A stretch of DNA of 40,565 nt from a virus (Duplodnaviria > Heunggongvirae > Uroviricota > Caudoviricetes). The notes beneath the pieces are model-generated. The model saw only the letters and a program-made list of their open reading frames with translations. It made no database searches and was not told the origin of the DNA. This document shows, in pieces, positions 7,556 through 18,559 of this stretch. Within the stretch, counting starts at the first letter, position 1; the number at the start of each line of letters is the position of its first letter. The stretch lies in the IMG/VR virus record IMGVR_UViG_2687453529_000006; one strand, 5' to 3'. Position numbers and translations under genes: made by a program.

Positions 7556-10500
7556 TCAGCTGATACTGATGCCTGCGGTGGCTTTCTTCATCACCACAAC
7601 CAGCAAATCGCTGATACTTGCTGTGGGATACCAGCCATTTACCAGCCATGCCGATACAGAAAATTCCAGTGTCATGACACCACTGCCTGCAGGCATATCA
7701 ATAACACCCGTATATATCAGCGTATTATCCAGAGCCGTTCGGTTATAAATTTCAGCACCGTTTTTTCGTACTATCAGACGGCATGAGGAGTAGATATCAG
7801 TATGATCTTGCTCATGTTTAGCGCCACTGAATGCCACCGCCGGGATAACAATTTGCCGGTCAAACGGCTGATCGTCATAAACCCTGACGGTAATGGTTCC
7901 TGATGGCCACCGCTCCGGTGCACGGGAGTCCCGGGGGAAAGCTTTGCCCACCGTTTTAACAATATCGCCTTCAATCTGGTTGGCTGACAGTTTTCCCAGA
8001 ATCCGGCAGTTCTGATTAATCGTGACATTGTTGAGCGTCCCGGAGTTCGCATTCACGTTACCGCTGATATCGGCATTTTTCGCCGTCAGCCGCCCGTCCG
8101 GTGTCAGGGAAAATGCCGGAGGATTACCGCCGCTGGTAATGGTGGGAGCCGTCAGGTATTTCAGGAACACTTCGTTCATGAATATCTGATCGCCCTGACC
8201 AACAAACATCGGCTTTGTGTTGCCATTCGCAGGATTAATCATCGCAATCCTGTCTGCCGCCAGCAGCACCTGACTCTGCATGCCGTCAGGGGTGTTTTCA
8301 ATACCGGCACCAATACCCGCGATATAAAGGCGTCCGTCCTGCATCTGCTGCAGCTTCACAGCCCACATGCTGTTCAGGTTATTATTTGTATCAACCTGAA
8401 CCTTCTGTATCTGCTGGATCGCTGCACTCTGGTCTTCCAGTTTCTTATTGACGGTCTGCGTGATTTCATTACTGACATCCGTGATGGACGTTCTGATTTC
8501 CGCCAGGTCAGGCGCAAGCTGACCGTTATCAATCTGCGTCCACAACTCCTGAGCCAGATGGGTTTTCCCTATCTCTCCTTTGAAAAAATCCAGATAGCCG
8601 GATGCATCATCACTCGGCTGGCCAACAGCCCCCACGAATGCCGATTTGCCAACGGTGTTCACACTGCGGATGTAAAAATAATAATCATGGCCCGGCCTGA
8701 TATTGATACTGGCAGCTATCCAGTACAGCGCCGTGCCAAGATAGCGCGCTGTGGTTTCAACCTGTCTGATATCCGCAATCCGCTTTTCCGAGAACCAGAA
8801 TTCAAACTGTACCGTCGGGTCATAAACGGCAAGATGCGGCGTGGCGGTTATCTGAAAATACCCCGGTGTCAGCTCAATCCGCGACGGTGCTGCCGGTGCG
8901 GCAATCCGGAACGATACCGACGCCGGATCGCCCTGCTGCCCCCAGGCATTTGCCGCCCGGACTGTCAGCCTGTAGTTTCCCAACGCCAGTTGCGTGAAGC
9001 GGTATGTGGTTTCCGTCGTCCGGGCCGTGCTGACCAGCCGCTCACTGCCGTCATCCGCTGCCACGGTCAGGCGAAGCATAAAGCTCACGCCCTTCACCAC
9101 CTTCGGCGTGTCCCAGCGCGCCAGTACCTGATATTCCCCGCTGTCTGCGGTGACTTCGGCAGTCAGGTGCTGCACCGCTGGCGGCGTGACACCATTCACC
9201 GTGCCACTCTGGTCGCCGTCAAAGTGCGCCCCGTTATCCACGATGGCCTCTTTTTCCGGCACATGCTGCACGGCGGTGATGGCATACGTGCCGTCGTCGT
9301 TCTCACGGATACTCACACAGCGGAACAGGCGCTGACGCAGCATCGGCAGCTTCAGCCCCCACACGCTGTATTCGGCAACGCCGTCAGGAACACGGCTCAC
9401 TTTTACCTTCACGCCGTCGGTGACGGACTGGACCTCCACGCTCACCGGATTACCCTGCCCGTCAACCAGGCTTATCAGCGTGGTGCCGGAGGATGGCAGC
9501 GTGATTTCACGGTCGAGCGTCAGCGTCCGGGTCTGGCTGTTCACCGCCAGCACGCGCCCGCCAATGCTGATCCCCGCATAGTCATCATCGCAGATTTCAA
9601 TAACATCACCCGGTACATGGCGCAGCCCTTCTGCACCCACGCTGAAGTCCACGGTCTGCGTTTCCAGCAGTTCCGTTTTAATCAGCCACAGCCCGGCGCG
9701 GTGCGCCTGCCCCCGGCTGGTACAGCCAAAGGCATCCATTTTCGTGACGTTACGACCGTAACGGAGAATGGCCTGCGTATCTTCAACAAGCTCTGTCGCC
9801 GTCTCCCAGCCGTTATTCGGGTCAATCCAGTTCACCTCAACGGCATTATGGCGGTCCTTCAGGGCGCTGAAGCTGTAGCGGAACGGCGCGCCATCATCCG
9901 GCATCACCACATTACTGCGGTTATAGGTCCACACCTTATCTGATGGTCGGTCCTGCACGAACGTCAGCGTCTGCCCGTTCCATACCGGCATACAGCGCAT
10001 CGCCGAGCAGAAATCACTGAGCACATCCCACGCCTTACGCTGCGTGGTCAGCCAGGCATTACAGGTGATGCGCGGCTCCGTGCCGCCAAAACCGTCCGGC
10101 ACTGACTGGTCGCAGTACTGGCCGATGACATACAGCGCCCATTTATCCACATCCGCCGCACCAAGACGTTTCCCCATGCCGTAGCGCGGGTGGGTCAGCA
10201 TATCCCACAGACACCAGGCCATGTTGTTGCTGTATGCCGGTTTAAACGTTCCGTCCCAGATACCGCTGTATTGCCGCGTCTGCGGGTTATAATTCGACGG
10301 CACCTGCAGAATACGCCCGCGCAGATGATAATTACGGCTCACCTGCTGGCTGCCGAACTGCTCCGAGTCCACCTGCACGCCGACCAGTGCCGTGTTCGGG
10401 TAGCACTGTTTCACATCGATAATTTCGGTGTATGACGACCAGAGCGTTTTGTTCTGCAGCTGGTCTGTGGTGCTGTCCGGTGTCATCCTGCGCATCCGGA

Positions 10501-11035
10501 TATTGAACGGGCGCGGCGGCAGGTTATCCACCACCACCGAGGCCAGATACTGCGACGTGGTTTTGCCCTTAATGGTGATGTCTTTTTCTGTCACCCAGCC
10601 ACCGTTACGCTGTATCTGAACCAGCAGTCGGACCTCCGACGGATTCCTGTCACCCTTTGAGGTGGTTTCCACCAGTGCCTGCACACCGAAGGTAAAGCGC
10701 AGACGGTCGATGTTTGCAGACGTGATGGTCCGGGTGATCGGCGTGTCGTATTTCACTTCCGTACCCAGTACCGTCTCAGAACCTGATGATTCAAATCCCT
10801 CTGGCGGTGTCTGTTCTTGCTCACCTGCCCGGAACACCACCGTGACACCGGAGATGTTGGTATTCCCCTCACTGTCCAGCACCGGTGTACTGTTCAGCAG
10901 CACGATTTTTAATCCATCCACCGGACCTTCAATCGGCCCTTCGCTGATGGCATCGATCACACTCAGCAACTGCGTGGATTTCAGGTTGTCCTTCGCTTCG
11001 CGCGGGGTATGCCCCTTACTGCTGCCTTTACCCAT
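7556..11035 (-). CDS. J: Tail tip host-specificity protein J
   Basis: 1159 aa; long stretches ([24 protein letters not shown]...) match lambda J as remembered. Confidence 0.95.
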   Translation of the reverse strand: MGKGSSKGHTPREAKDNLKSTQLLSVIDAISEGPIEGPVDGLKIVLLNSTPVLDSEGNTNISGVTVVFRAGEQEQTPPEGFESSGSETVLGTEVKYDTPITRTITSANIDRLRFTFGVQALVETTSKGDRNPSEVRLLVQIQRNGGWVTEKDITIKGKTTSQYLASVVVDNLPPRPFNIRMRRMTPDSTTDQLQNKTLWSSYTEIIDVKQCYPNTALVGVQVDSEQFGSQQVSRNYHLRGRILQVPSNYNPQTRQYSGIWDGTFKPAYSNNMAWCLWDMLTHPRYGMGKRLGAADVDKWALYVIGQYCDQSVPDGFGGTEPRITCNAWLTTQRKAWDVLSDFCSAMRCMPVWNGQTLTFVQDRPSDKVWTYNRSNVVMPDDGAPFRYSFSALKDRHNAVEVNWIDPNNGWETATELVEDTQAILRYGRNVTKMDAFGCTSRGQAHRAGLWLIKTELLETQTVDFSVGAEGLRHVPGDVIEICDDDYAGISIGGRVLAVNSQTRTLTLDREITLPSSGTTLISLVDGQGNPVSVEVQSVTDGVKVKVSRVPDGVAEYSVWGLKLPMLRQRLFRCVSIRENDDGTYAITAVQHVPEKEAIVDNGAHFDGDQSGTVNGVTPPAVQHLTAEVTADSGEYQVLARWDTPKVVKGVSFMLRLTVAADDGSERLVSTARTTETTYRFTQLALGNYRLTVRAANAWGQQGDPASVSFRIAAPAAPSRIELTPGYFQITATPHLAVYDPTVQFEFWFSEKRIADIRQVETTARYLGTALYWIAASINIRPGHDYYFYIRSVNTVGKSAFVGAVGQPSDDASGYLDFFKGEIGKTHLAQELWTQIDNGQLAPDLAEIRTSITDVSNEITQTVNKKLEDQSAAIQQIQKVQVDTNNNLNSMWAVKLQQMQDGRLYIAGIGAGIENTPDGMQSQVLLAADRIAMINPANGNTKPMFVGQGDQIFMNEVFLKYLTAPTITSGGNPPAFSLTPDGRLTAKNADISGNVNANSGTLNNVTINQNCRILGKLSANQIEGDIVKTVGKAFPRDSRAPERWPSGTITVRVYDDQPFDRQIVIPAVAFSGAKHEQDHTDIYSSCRLIVRKNGAEIYNRTALDNTLIYTGVIDMPAGSGVMTLEFSVSAWLVNGWYPTASISDLLVVVMKKATAGISIS

Positions 11036-11095
11036 TCGTCATGCTCCATAAACGACAAAACCGCCCGCAGGCGGTTTCACATAAAACATTTTGCA

Positions 11096-11743
11096 TCAGC
11101 GACCAATCACCACAACCTGACCACCATCCCCTTCGTCTGCCGTGCTGATCTCCTGAGAAACCACCCGCGACCCCACACGCATTTCACCGTACAGAACAGG
11201 CAAAACATTGCCCTGAGCAACCATGTTATCCAGTGAGGAAAAATAGGTGTTCTGTTTGCCGTTATCTGTACTGGCTGCCGTGGACGTCCTGGCTTTCGGT
11301 GCCAGCATCTGCGCCACACCGCCCAGGATCATACTGGCCCCTGCCGCATACATGCCCGATACAGCCGCGGCACCCAGCCAGCCCACAGGGTTCCACCATG
11401 CCACCGCAATCAACGCCGCCCCCAGCACCACCTGAAATACACCGCCACTTTTAGCTCCCGCCAGACGCGGCACGATATGGATCACGGCACCATTTGCCAG
11501 CGGCTCATTAAGACGGGCAGATAATTCGGTTTCACCTGCATCACGCCCGGCAATGCGCACCTGATACCAGCCGTCATTCAGTTTCTGACGAAACGCCGGG
11601 AGCTGTGTGGCCAGCGCCCGGATGGCTTCGGCCCCCGTTTTCACACGAAGGTCGATGCGGCGGCCAAATCGTTGCAAATCCCCGTAAAGGCAGATGCGTG
11701 CCATGCCCGGTGACGCCAGAGGGAGTGTGTGCGTCGCTGCCAT
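11096..11743 (-). CDS. I: Tail assembly protein I
   Basis: 215 aa; MAATHTLPLASPGMARICLYGDLQRFGRRIDLRV... matches lambda I. Confidence 0.9.
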   Translation of the reverse strand: MAATHTLPLASPGMARICLYGDLQRFGRRIDLRVKTGAEAIRALATQLPAFRQKLNDGWYQVRIAGRDAGETELSARLNEPLANGAVIHIVPRLAGAKSGGVFQVVLGAALIAVAWWNPVGWLGAAAVSGMYAAGASMILGGVAQMLAPKARTSTAASTDNGKQNTYFSSLDNMVAQGNVLPVLYGEMRVGSRVVSQEISTADEGDGGQVVVIGR

Positions 11744-12384
11744 TTGTCGGTATACCTCTCTCGTTTGCTCAGTTGTTCAGGAATATGGTGCAGCAGCTCG
11801 CCGTCACCACAGTAAATGGCGGCATGATTCGGCACCGATGAACCAAAACAGCACAGCAGCACATCGCCCGGCTGCGCCGCTGACAACGGCACCTGATACA
11901 GCCCTGTGGCCTCCAGATTATCCAGATAGAGATTCTGACCGTGACGCCACCAGTCATCCCCGCGATGAAAATCCGGCATCTCAATCCCCGCCAGATGATA
12001 AGCATCCCGGAACAGCGTGTAACAGTCCGTCACCCCGTGCTCAAAGCGCCGCCCGGTAAGATGCGGCACACAGCGGAATTTATGAATCTCACCCCGGCAG
12101 ACCAGCCACCAAGGCAAATCGCTCTGCACCTGCAGCCGCCTGTCAGCCTCACTCAGCCAGGGCAGACCACCGGGGTGGCTGTGGACCAGCGCCACAATCT
12201 CACCCTGCATCTCTGCCCGCAGCCAGTCCTCCGGCGACATCCGGAAATACGCCTCCGGCTCACCGGAGATATTCACGCAGGGAAAATATCTTTCCCCCTC
12301 CGGCGTTCTCACCACGAAGCCGCACGACTCCGCTGGCGCACATCGCCGGGCGTGCGCCAGAATCGCTGATTCTGTCTGTGTCAT
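11641..12384 (-). CDS. K: Tail assembly protein K (MPN/JAB plus NlpC/P60 domains)
   Basis: From Met26 of the track ORF, MTQTESAILAHARRCAPAESCGFVV...HSHPGG... matches lambda K; overlaps I as in lambda. Confidence 0.9.
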   Translation of the reverse strand: MTQTESAILAHARRCAPAESCGFVVRTPEGERYFPCVNISGEPEAYFRMSPEDWLRAEMQGEIVALVHSHPGGLPWLSEADRRLQVQSDLPWWLVCRGEIHKFRCVPHLTGRRFEHGVTDCYTLFRDAYHLAGIEMPDFHRGDDWWRHGQNLYLDNLEATGLYQVPLSAAQPGDVLLCCFGSSVPNHAAIYCGDGELLHHIPEQLSKRERYTDKWQRRTHSLWRHRAWHASAFTGICNDLAAASTFV

Positions 12385-12388
12385 GGGA

Positions 12389-13087
12389 TTACTGCGAAAG
12401 TTTGTTAATGGAAAGGAAGCCGCCAAAGTTGCCGACGTTATTGCGAAACTTACAACCACTCAGGCATTTGCTGCATTTATCCTTCGTGATATCGGACGTC
12501 GGCTGGTCATATTCATCAGCGACAGCCGGACCGTGATAACCGCACTCATCACCGCGATAGGTCCAGGTGCAGGTATTAGCCAGCATGATGCGCCCCGGAA
12601 AAACAGCACCGTCCGTTTCCGTCGGCGTGGACAGTACAAAAGAGGCACTGACCGCGCTCAGTTCGCTGCACTGCTCGATGCGCCAGCGGCTGATCACCTC
12701 CTGCTCCGGATCGGCGTCACTGTTTCCGTTGACGAAGTTCACCGCATCCAGAAAACGGGCGTAAACCTTACGCCTGACCACCGTTCCGCCGACCAGACTT
12801 TGCAGGTCTTCCGCCATCCCGGTGACCATGCCGTGCAGGTTAGAGACTTTCAGCGTTGGTCTTGCACTGGCTCCTTTGCCGTTCATCTCAAAGCCGCTTC
12901 CCTGAATAGGGTACGCCTGATACTGTCGCCCCTGCCAGGTGACTGACTCACCTTTTTCGTTCTGCTCATTACAGAAAAAATAACGCTCGCCACCGACTTC
13001 TGTCAGATCGACTTCCCAGAGCACGACCAGTGCGGATTGCTCCGCTTTTGTACACTCATTCAGTGTTTCCTGTTGTATATCCTGCAT
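12389..13087 (-). CDS. L: Tail tip protein L
   Basis: 232 aa; MQDIQQETLNECTKAEQSALVVLWEVDL... matches lambda L. Confidence 0.9.
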   Translation of the reverse strand: MQDIQQETLNECTKAEQSALVVLWEVDLTEVGGERYFFCNEQNEKGESVTWQGRQYQAYPIQGSGFEMNGKGASARPTLKVSNLHGMVTGMAEDLQSLVGGTVVRRKVYARFLDAVNFVNGNSDADPEQEVISRWRIEQCSELSAVSASFVLSTPTETDGAVFPGRIMLANTCTWTYRGDECGYHGPAVADEYDQPTSDITKDKCSKCLSGCKFRNNVGNFGGFLSINKLSQ

Positions 13088-13428
13088 CAGTGAGTGACCT
13101 CTTCAAAGGTACAGTTAAAATCGGTATACATGGCATTATCCGAAGTACTCCACTCCCTGCAGACAACCCTGACAGTCCTGTTGTGTTTTGGCGGGCGCCA
13201 CAAAAAAGCACGCATCCCGGCATGACGGGATAAAAAACTGTCCAGCACGGCGCGGGAATATTCATCTGTGACACGAAATACCGGTTTAAAGGTTTTCAGA
13301 TCCGCATTCAGACCACCAGCCCGTCGCTGTTCATATCCGTCACCGAACTTTACTGTAATAACAGATGGCTTTCGTGTCGTCTCCATTCCCTCGCGGGGGA
13401 TCCAGTTAAAAACTTCAGGTTCAGGCAC
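13087..13428 (-). CDS. M: Minor tail protein M
   Basis: VKFGDGYEQR... phage minor tail M signature; start placed at an in-frame GTG with GGAGG RBS overlapping the tape-measure stop (start uncertain; track ORF extends to 13473). Confidence 0.75.
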   Translation of the reverse strand: MPEPEVFNWIPREGMETTRKPSVITVKFGDGYEQRRAGGLNADLKTFKPVFRVTDEYSRAVLDSFLSRHAGMRAFLWRPPKHNRTVRVVCREWSTSDNAMYTDFNCTFEEVTH

Positions 13429-16400
13429 TGCATAATCCTCCGTCCCGACGTGATGACTGCATAATTGACACAACCCTGCTGTCGATCAGATCCACCAGCC
13501 CCCTGGCTGACTGCGTATCTATCTCGCCATTGCTCCCTTTATTCTGAATACTGATGTGATACACGGGAGAATAGACAAATCCCCCGCCACCACTCACATT
13601 CCCAATGGCTCTGACCCCTAGGGAGCCGTCCGCTGCCCGAGTCAGTGGCATGATAGCTTCAGGCCCGGCCTCGCCCATCAGCCCGGCACCTTTCGCAAAA
13701 GCAAAATACGTCGGTGTATCCACAATGGTGTTACTGTAAGCACTCAGATTTGCCGATGTGTAAACACCGCCTTTTGCGTTCGCTACTGCACCGGAAAGCC
13801 AGTCGCCAACACTACCAATCCATCCCCCCACTCCCGACATTGTCCCGGAGAGTGATTTCAGCCCGTTAACAATGGCCGCGTTCATCAGGATTTTTGAAAC
13901 TTCCTGAAGGATCGAACTCCCCCAGTTTCTCCAGTCCACAACGTTTCCGGCCAGTGCCTCAGAAATATTTGAAACCAGACCATCCATAGTGGAAACGACC
14001 GCATCTGCCGCTTGTGAAGCATAATCAGTGGCACTGTCTGCCCAGTTCGTCAGCCCCTCTTTGAGCCCAGCATTCCAGTTACTGCGTAAAGCATCGGCCT
14101 TTGCATAATAATCCTGCTGATCGTTGAGACGCTCCTCCAGATATTTTTCATTCAGCGTTTTTTCCTGTTTCCACAGGGCTTCTTCGATTTCTCCGGTCTG
14201 GTACTGTCTCAGCAACTCATTATTTTTCTGCTCAAACTCCTGTCGGATGTTCCACATTTCCTGAAGCCGCTCACGTATTCGTGTTCCGTCTCCATACCCT
14301 AACAACTGAGCCTCATTTGATGCCCTGACACTGGCGTTACTGTCCGCCAGGCTGCTTTCATAAGCAGCAATTTGCTCACGAATTTTTTTCTGGTCGATGA
14401 GTGCTGCATTCTGTAAAAGGGTTTGTTTCTGCGCTTCTGATAAGGTTGATAATTCGCCCTGGCTGACCTGGTATTTCATCTTAGCCAGTTCAGTATTCTG
14501 TCCTGCCAGTGCTATTTGTTCTTTTTGTTGTTTAATCAGTCTGTTATAAGCATCTTCCGTTTTTTCTGCTTCCGATTTTCCACCACGTACCTTTGGCTTA
14601 TTCGCCTGGTTGTTACGCCATGCTTCCAGCGCGTTGTTGATATAAGTTTGCCTTGCCGTCTGATAGGCATCCCCCACAAAACCGAGATCATCCGCTACAT
14701 AGCCCAGACGAGTACGCTCACGCGCTTCCCCCTTCATACGGGATAAGGTCAGCTCTCGCTCAGTGTTATTCAGCGCGTTCTGCTGTTTATCATCCAGAGC
14801 AGCCTGTGGCAGCCGTAACGGTACATTCACCAGCCCCTGTCGCTGCTGAAGTAATTCATTACCAAGCCCAAGAAGACGATTAAACTCGGTATGTTGGCCA
14901 TTCATGATCAGTAATGACTGATATGCTTTGTTTTGTTCCGCTGCCTGTTGGCGGATCAGCACCACTCGTCGTTCTTCCAGCCCGGCAAGCACATCCTGGA
15001 TTGACTGGGCTTTTTCCTGCATTCCGGAAAGTCGGGACTGCTCAACAGCCAGCTGACTTGTTGCTTCTGCAAGCCCTTCTGTGACAGTTTTCACCGACGT
15101 CATGTGGTTAATCATAAAACCGTTATCGGTTGTCCAGCCCGGGTTTGCCAGGACATACTGATAGCCAGCAATTTTTTCCTGTAAGGATTTAATCTTACTT
15201 TTCTGCTCGTCAATTAACCTGTTCTGCTCCTCCAGAGCCTGCCGCGTCTTTTCTTCATTATCTGCCGCTTCAGGAAGTGACATTGCAGACGTTTTCTGGC
15301 GAATTTCGTCGATTGTTGCGGCATACTGACGCGCTGATTCTCTGGCCTGCTCCTGGTTCTGATACATTGTGTACCAGGCCGCCGCCCCCAGCATGACAAG
15401 TCCAGGCACACCACCAACCAGCCCCAGAGCACCGCTTAACAACCGACTACTAACTGACGTAACGTTATTCAGCGTTGCCTGTGCCGCTGTTCTGGCAGCA
15501 ATATTACGGGTAAGTGAAGCCTGTGCGGTTGCCAGTTTCGCTTCTGCTGCAGCCTGTTTTTCTGTACCACGGGCAGCCATAACCGCCTGCTGCGCACGAT
15601 ACAATGCCGCCCGCGCTCTGGCTGTTGCTATCTGTGTCCCTCTGAGCTGTGCCTCAGCAAGAGCCACTTCGTTTCTGGCAGCAGTGATTAACCCGGCAGT
15701 TGCAGAGCCCGCAGAAGACGCCATATTGCCAAAATATCGGGCTACACCAATTGCAACCAGAGCTCCCGCCGCCGTGGCAACCGTATCAATATTATTCGCA
15801 ACACCATTCATTATTCCGGTAAGCGTTTTTGTTGCACCGCTGGCATCATTCGCACCACCAACCCAGGCCATAAAGGCGTTTTCAACTTTGGTTGCAGAGG
15901 ATGATACGGTATCAGGCATGGCTGCATATTCATCCCGCAGCGTACCAAGCTGACTAATCAGTGCAGGAACAACCTTATCGGCGGTCAGCTTTCCATCATC
16001 CGCCATTGCCTTCAGATCTTTACGGGCAACCCCCATTCCTGCAGCCAGAGCACGAATAACACGATCACCGCTTTCATTTACTGAATTAAACTCTTCACCG
16101 CGCAGAACCCCTTGCGCCAGTGCCTGGCTGAACTGAGTGATCACCGAGCTGGCTTCCGCAGAACTGGCTCCGGACAATTTCAATCCTGTAGAAATGGCCT
16201 CGGTAACTTTCAGTACTTCCTCAGACCTGTAACCATATTCCCGCATGGAAGAAGCCGAACGTGCAAAAAGACTGGCGTTATCAGCAAAAGCAGTACCCGT
16301 TCTCTGGCTGATCGCCATTAATTCGCGCTGTGATGCCTGGAAATCATCGCTGGACTGCGTGGCCTGCTTCAAACGGGCATTTACTGAGCTCCATTCATCC

Positions 16401-16663
16401 GCAAGAGATATAAGATGTCCAGTGGCAAAAGCACCGGCAAATGCGCCAGCCATATTCATTGCCGAAGACTTCGCCGTATTTATCTGCTCGGTCACTTCTG
16501 CCAGTGCTCGCCGCATATCACGGGATGCAGCTGCAGACTGTCGACCTCCGTTCTGCATGGTACGGTAGTACTCCTGTCCCATACGTGAAGCTCGCGCAAT
16601 TTCTGACTGGAATGACTGCGAATTTGCCGAGATTTTTATAATCAGTTCGCGTAGTGACGCCAT
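13421..16663 (-). CDS. H: Tail tape measure protein
   Basis: 1080 aa, coiled-coil-rich and Ala/Gln-rich, in the position between G-T and M. Confidence 0.9.
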   Translation of the reverse strand: MASLRELIIKISANSQSFQSEIARASRMGQEYYRTMQNGGRQSAAASRDMRRALAEVTEQINTAKSSAMNMAGAFAGAFATGHLISLADEWSSVNARLKQATQSSDDFQASQRELMAISQRTGTAFADNASLFARSASSMREYGYRSEEVLKVTEAISTGLKLSGASSAEASSVITQFSQALAQGVLRGEEFNSVNESGDRVIRALAAGMGVARKDLKAMADDGKLTADKVVPALISQLGTLRDEYAAMPDTVSSSATKVENAFMAWVGGANDASGATKTLTGIMNGVANNIDTVATAAGALVAIGVARYFGNMASSAGSATAGLITAARNEVALAEAQLRGTQIATARARAALYRAQQAVMAARGTEKQAAAEAKLATAQASLTRNIAARTAAQATLNNVTSVSSRLLSGALGLVGGVPGLVMLGAAAWYTMYQNQEQARESARQYAATIDEIRQKTSAMSLPEAADNEEKTRQALEEQNRLIDEQKSKIKSLQEKIAGYQYVLANPGWTTDNGFMINHMTSVKTVTEGLAEATSQLAVEQSRLSGMQEKAQSIQDVLAGLEERRVVLIRQQAAEQNKAYQSLLIMNGQHTEFNRLLGLGNELLQQRQGLVNVPLRLPQAALDDKQQNALNNTERELTLSRMKGEARERTRLGYVADDLGFVGDAYQTARQTYINNALEAWRNNQANKPKVRGGKSEAEKTEDAYNRLIKQQKEQIALAGQNTELAKMKYQVSQGELSTLSEAQKQTLLQNAALIDQKKIREQIAAYESSLADSNASVRASNEAQLLGYGDGTRIRERLQEMWNIRQEFEQKNNELLRQYQTGEIEEALWKQEKTLNEKYLEERLNDQQDYYAKADALRSNWNAGLKEGLTNWADSATDYASQAADAVVSTMDGLVSNISEALAGNVVDWRNWGSSILQEVSKILMNAAIVNGLKSLSGTMSGVGGWIGSVGDWLSGAVANAKGGVYTSANLSAYSNTIVDTPTYFAFAKGAGLMGEAGPEAIMPLTRAADGSLGVRAIGNVSGGGGFVYSPVYHISIQNKGSNGEIDTQSARGLVDLIDSRVVSIMQSSRRDGGLCSA

Positions 16664-16678
16664 TCTCGTTCTCCAGGC

Positions 16679-16705
16679 AAAAAAAACCGCCGAAGCGGTT
16701 TTTGC
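16679..16705 (-). terminator. Intrinsic terminator between the zinc-ribbon gene and the tape measure gene
   Basis: Hairpin aaccgc-ttcg-gcggtt flanked by A-run and T-run (bidirectional form). Confidence 0.55.
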
Positions 16706-16707
16706 TT

Positions 16708-17049
16708 TTAAAGAAGCCCAGCCTTACGCCTTGCTTCTTCAAGATATTCATCATCCGTTTTTTGCGAAACGGTACTATCAGGGTTATGTGTTAAATCACT
16801 ACCGCAATGCTTACACTTAATGGCTTCTTCTTTGATCAACTCCGCACAGTAAGGGCATTTTTTCATGCCATTGCTCACCATTTGTTGCTCATGCGTTTTT
16901 TCATCTTTTTGGATTACAAGTGAATGAACCAGGGCAACGATAAAGAGTAAGGCTCCGTATATCCACCATCCCCAAAATGAACGCCCTTTACTTTGCGCGA
17001 TAATAGCCGGAATTAACCCCAGGACTAGCGCAATAAGAATAACTTCCAT
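16708..17049 (-). CDS. Small membrane protein with C-terminal zinc-ribbon (moron candidate)
   Basis: 113 aa; two hydrophobic helices then CPYC...CKHC; AAGGAG RBS; inserted between T and H where lambda has no gene. Confidence 0.6.
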   Translation of the reverse strand: MEVILIALVLGLIPAIIAQSKGRSFWGWWIYGALLFIVALVHSLVIQKDEKTHEQQMVSNGMKKCPYCAELIKEEAIKCKHCGSDLTHNPDSTVSQKTDDEYLEEARRKAGLL

Positions 17050-17107
17050 CAATATCTCCTTATTTACTTAATAAAAATCGGAATCATAATCCAGTAAAGT
17101 AAGAAGA

Positions 17108-17781
17108 TCATTGTGTCGCTGCAAATAATGCATTTTCAAACGCTGTGAACGGATCTTTAATATTATTTGCAGGAACGACCTCCCACTGAAGAATCGCTTC
17201 ATTCAGTGGAACTTTGACACCCTGCGCCCCGTAAACTGCAGAAACTATCTGGGCAGCCCGGATATCAGCCCGCTCGTCACCCAGCGGGCTGATCCTGTCA
17301 AATTCTGCCCACATCATGATTTCCGATGCAGACATTTCCCGGCGTAACTCTGACAATGTGCGCCCCATCCTGAGCGCCAGCATCATCAGAAAACGAATAC
17401 CCGGAAGTGCTACTTTTTTTTAATAACTTCAGCATCAGTGATCAGTTCCAGTGACTGACGAAGCAGTCGCGCATGTACAGGACCATATACTGCAAGTACC
17501 TGCTCCCGATCATCCGCTGAAAACACGGGTTGCATCCCGGTATCACACAGAACATCGATGAACAGTTCAACATCCGCTTCCAGATTTCGGCGGGCACGCT
17601 CCGCAACTGATAACGGTGTATCATCATCTCCGGTTTTAACGATCTCCTGCCAACGTAACCAGGCTTCTGCAGAGGGTTCCCGTAATACAACCGTTGTACC
17701 TTCCCACTCAGGAACATCAACTGTTTTGTGGCGAAAACCAGACATCGTCGCCAGTGCCAGATTGCGGATATTTTTAGACAT
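17108..17781 (-). CDS. Tail assembly chaperone G-T fusion produced by -1 programmed frameshift
   Basis: T-frame ORF (MMLALRMGRTL...) is open back to the slippery site at the end of G. Confidence 0.6.
17410..17781 (-). CDS. G: Tail assembly chaperone G
   Basis: 124-126 aa ORF directly after the major tail gene; AAGGAGG RBS favours the second Met; ends ...EVIKKK. Confidence 0.8.
   Translation of the reverse strand: MSKNIRNLALATMSGFRHKTVDVPEWEGTTVVLREPSAEAWLRWQEIVKTGDDDTPLSVAERARRNLEADVELFIDVLCDTGMQPVFSADDREQVLAVYGPVHARLLRQSLELITDAEVIKKK
17413..17424 (-). promoter_or_regulatory. Programmed -1 ribosomal frameshift site (A-AAA-AAG heptamer)
   Basis: mRNA reads GUU AUU AAA AAA AAG UAG; the -1 frame continues into the T extension. 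Confidence 0.6.
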
Positions 17782-17795
17782 AGATTTCATCCTCC

Positions 17796-18500
17796 TTAAC
17801 TGACAGTTACGGTGCAGGAAGTGGAGGTCACCTTATTAATCGGGCTTGCTGAATCAGAAACCTCACAGGTATACGCACCGGCATCTCCGGATGTCACGGA
17901 GGCCTTGTTGAAAGTTGCCGATGTCTGCCCGGAAACTGGAGAGCTGCCTTTCTTCCAGACATATGAATAAGGAGGCACACCACCTGATGCCTCAACAGAC
18001 ATATTCAGCGTTTCACTGGCAGAAACCTGTAGTGTACTTTTCAAATCAGAGAGGAGTTTCAAAGGTTCAGTGGTCAGAGAGGGCTTTCCTTTCAGGCGCA
18101 GGGAAAATGTGGCAGCAACAACACCGTTGGTTCCCACAGACCAGGTATGCTGGCGAACTTCTGCCATAAAGGTAAATCCATTTCCTGACGGGAAAATAAC
18201 TTTGAAACCGTATGTGGTGTCGTTGTCATAAGCACTACGCAACGCGTTCTGGGCAGCGTTGAGATAAAAGTTTCCTGACATGGAAATCTCTGAAGCAGCC
18301 CCAAGACCGTTGATATTCTCCTGCTCGGTAGAACACAGCGTAGTGACATCAATATCCTGTTTCTGCCCGGCGGTAAACTGAACCTCTTTAATCGTACAGC
18401 TCAGTTCAAGAAAACTGGCAGAACTCAGCGTTTCTGCCGTTACCGGTGCAGACGAGATCATGACTTTGGTCTGCTGAGAACGTTCAAAATTAGAGGACAT
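17796..18500 (-). CDS. V: Major tail protein V with C-terminal Ig-like domain
   Basis: From Met18 of track ORF with GGAG RBS; C-terminus (…GGVPPYSYVWKKGSS...AYTCEVSDS) looks like a bacterial Ig-like domain as on lambda V. Confidence 0.85.
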   Translation of the reverse strand: MSSNFERSQQTKVMISSAPVTAETLSSASFLELSCTIKEVQFTAGQKQDIDVTTLCSTEQENINGLGAASEISMSGNFYLNAAQNALRSAYDNDTTYGFKVIFPSGNGFTFMAEVRQHTWSVGTNGVVAATFSLRLKGKPSLTTEPLKLLSDLKSTLQVSASETLNMSVEASGGVPPYSYVWKKGSSPVSGQTSATFNKASVTSGDAGAYTCEVSDSASPINKVTSTSCTVTVS

Positions 18501-18516
18501 ACTCGTCTCCTGAAAA

Positions 18517-18542
18517 TAAAAAACCCGCCAGCGGCGGGTGGG
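18517..18542 (-). terminator. Hairpin plus U-run immediately upstream of the major tail gene
   Basis: Minus strand: cccgcc-gct-ggcggg followed by TTTTTATTTTCAGG. Confidence 0.4.
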
Positions 18543-18559
18543 TAAAATCATTAACGACC

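Noticed and set aside
8558-9943. 461-aa plus-strand ORF
   Set aside because: Lies entirely antisense within the J gene, which has strong lambda J identity; its Arg/Pro/His-rich composition is typical of a GC-rich antisense frame.
11941-12946. Plus-strand ORFs of 142 and 187 aa
   Set aside because: Antisense to tail genes K and L.
15369-15953. 194-aa plus-strand Ala-rich ORF
   Set aside because: Antisense to the tape measure gene; low-complexity composition from the Ala/Gln-rich coding strand.
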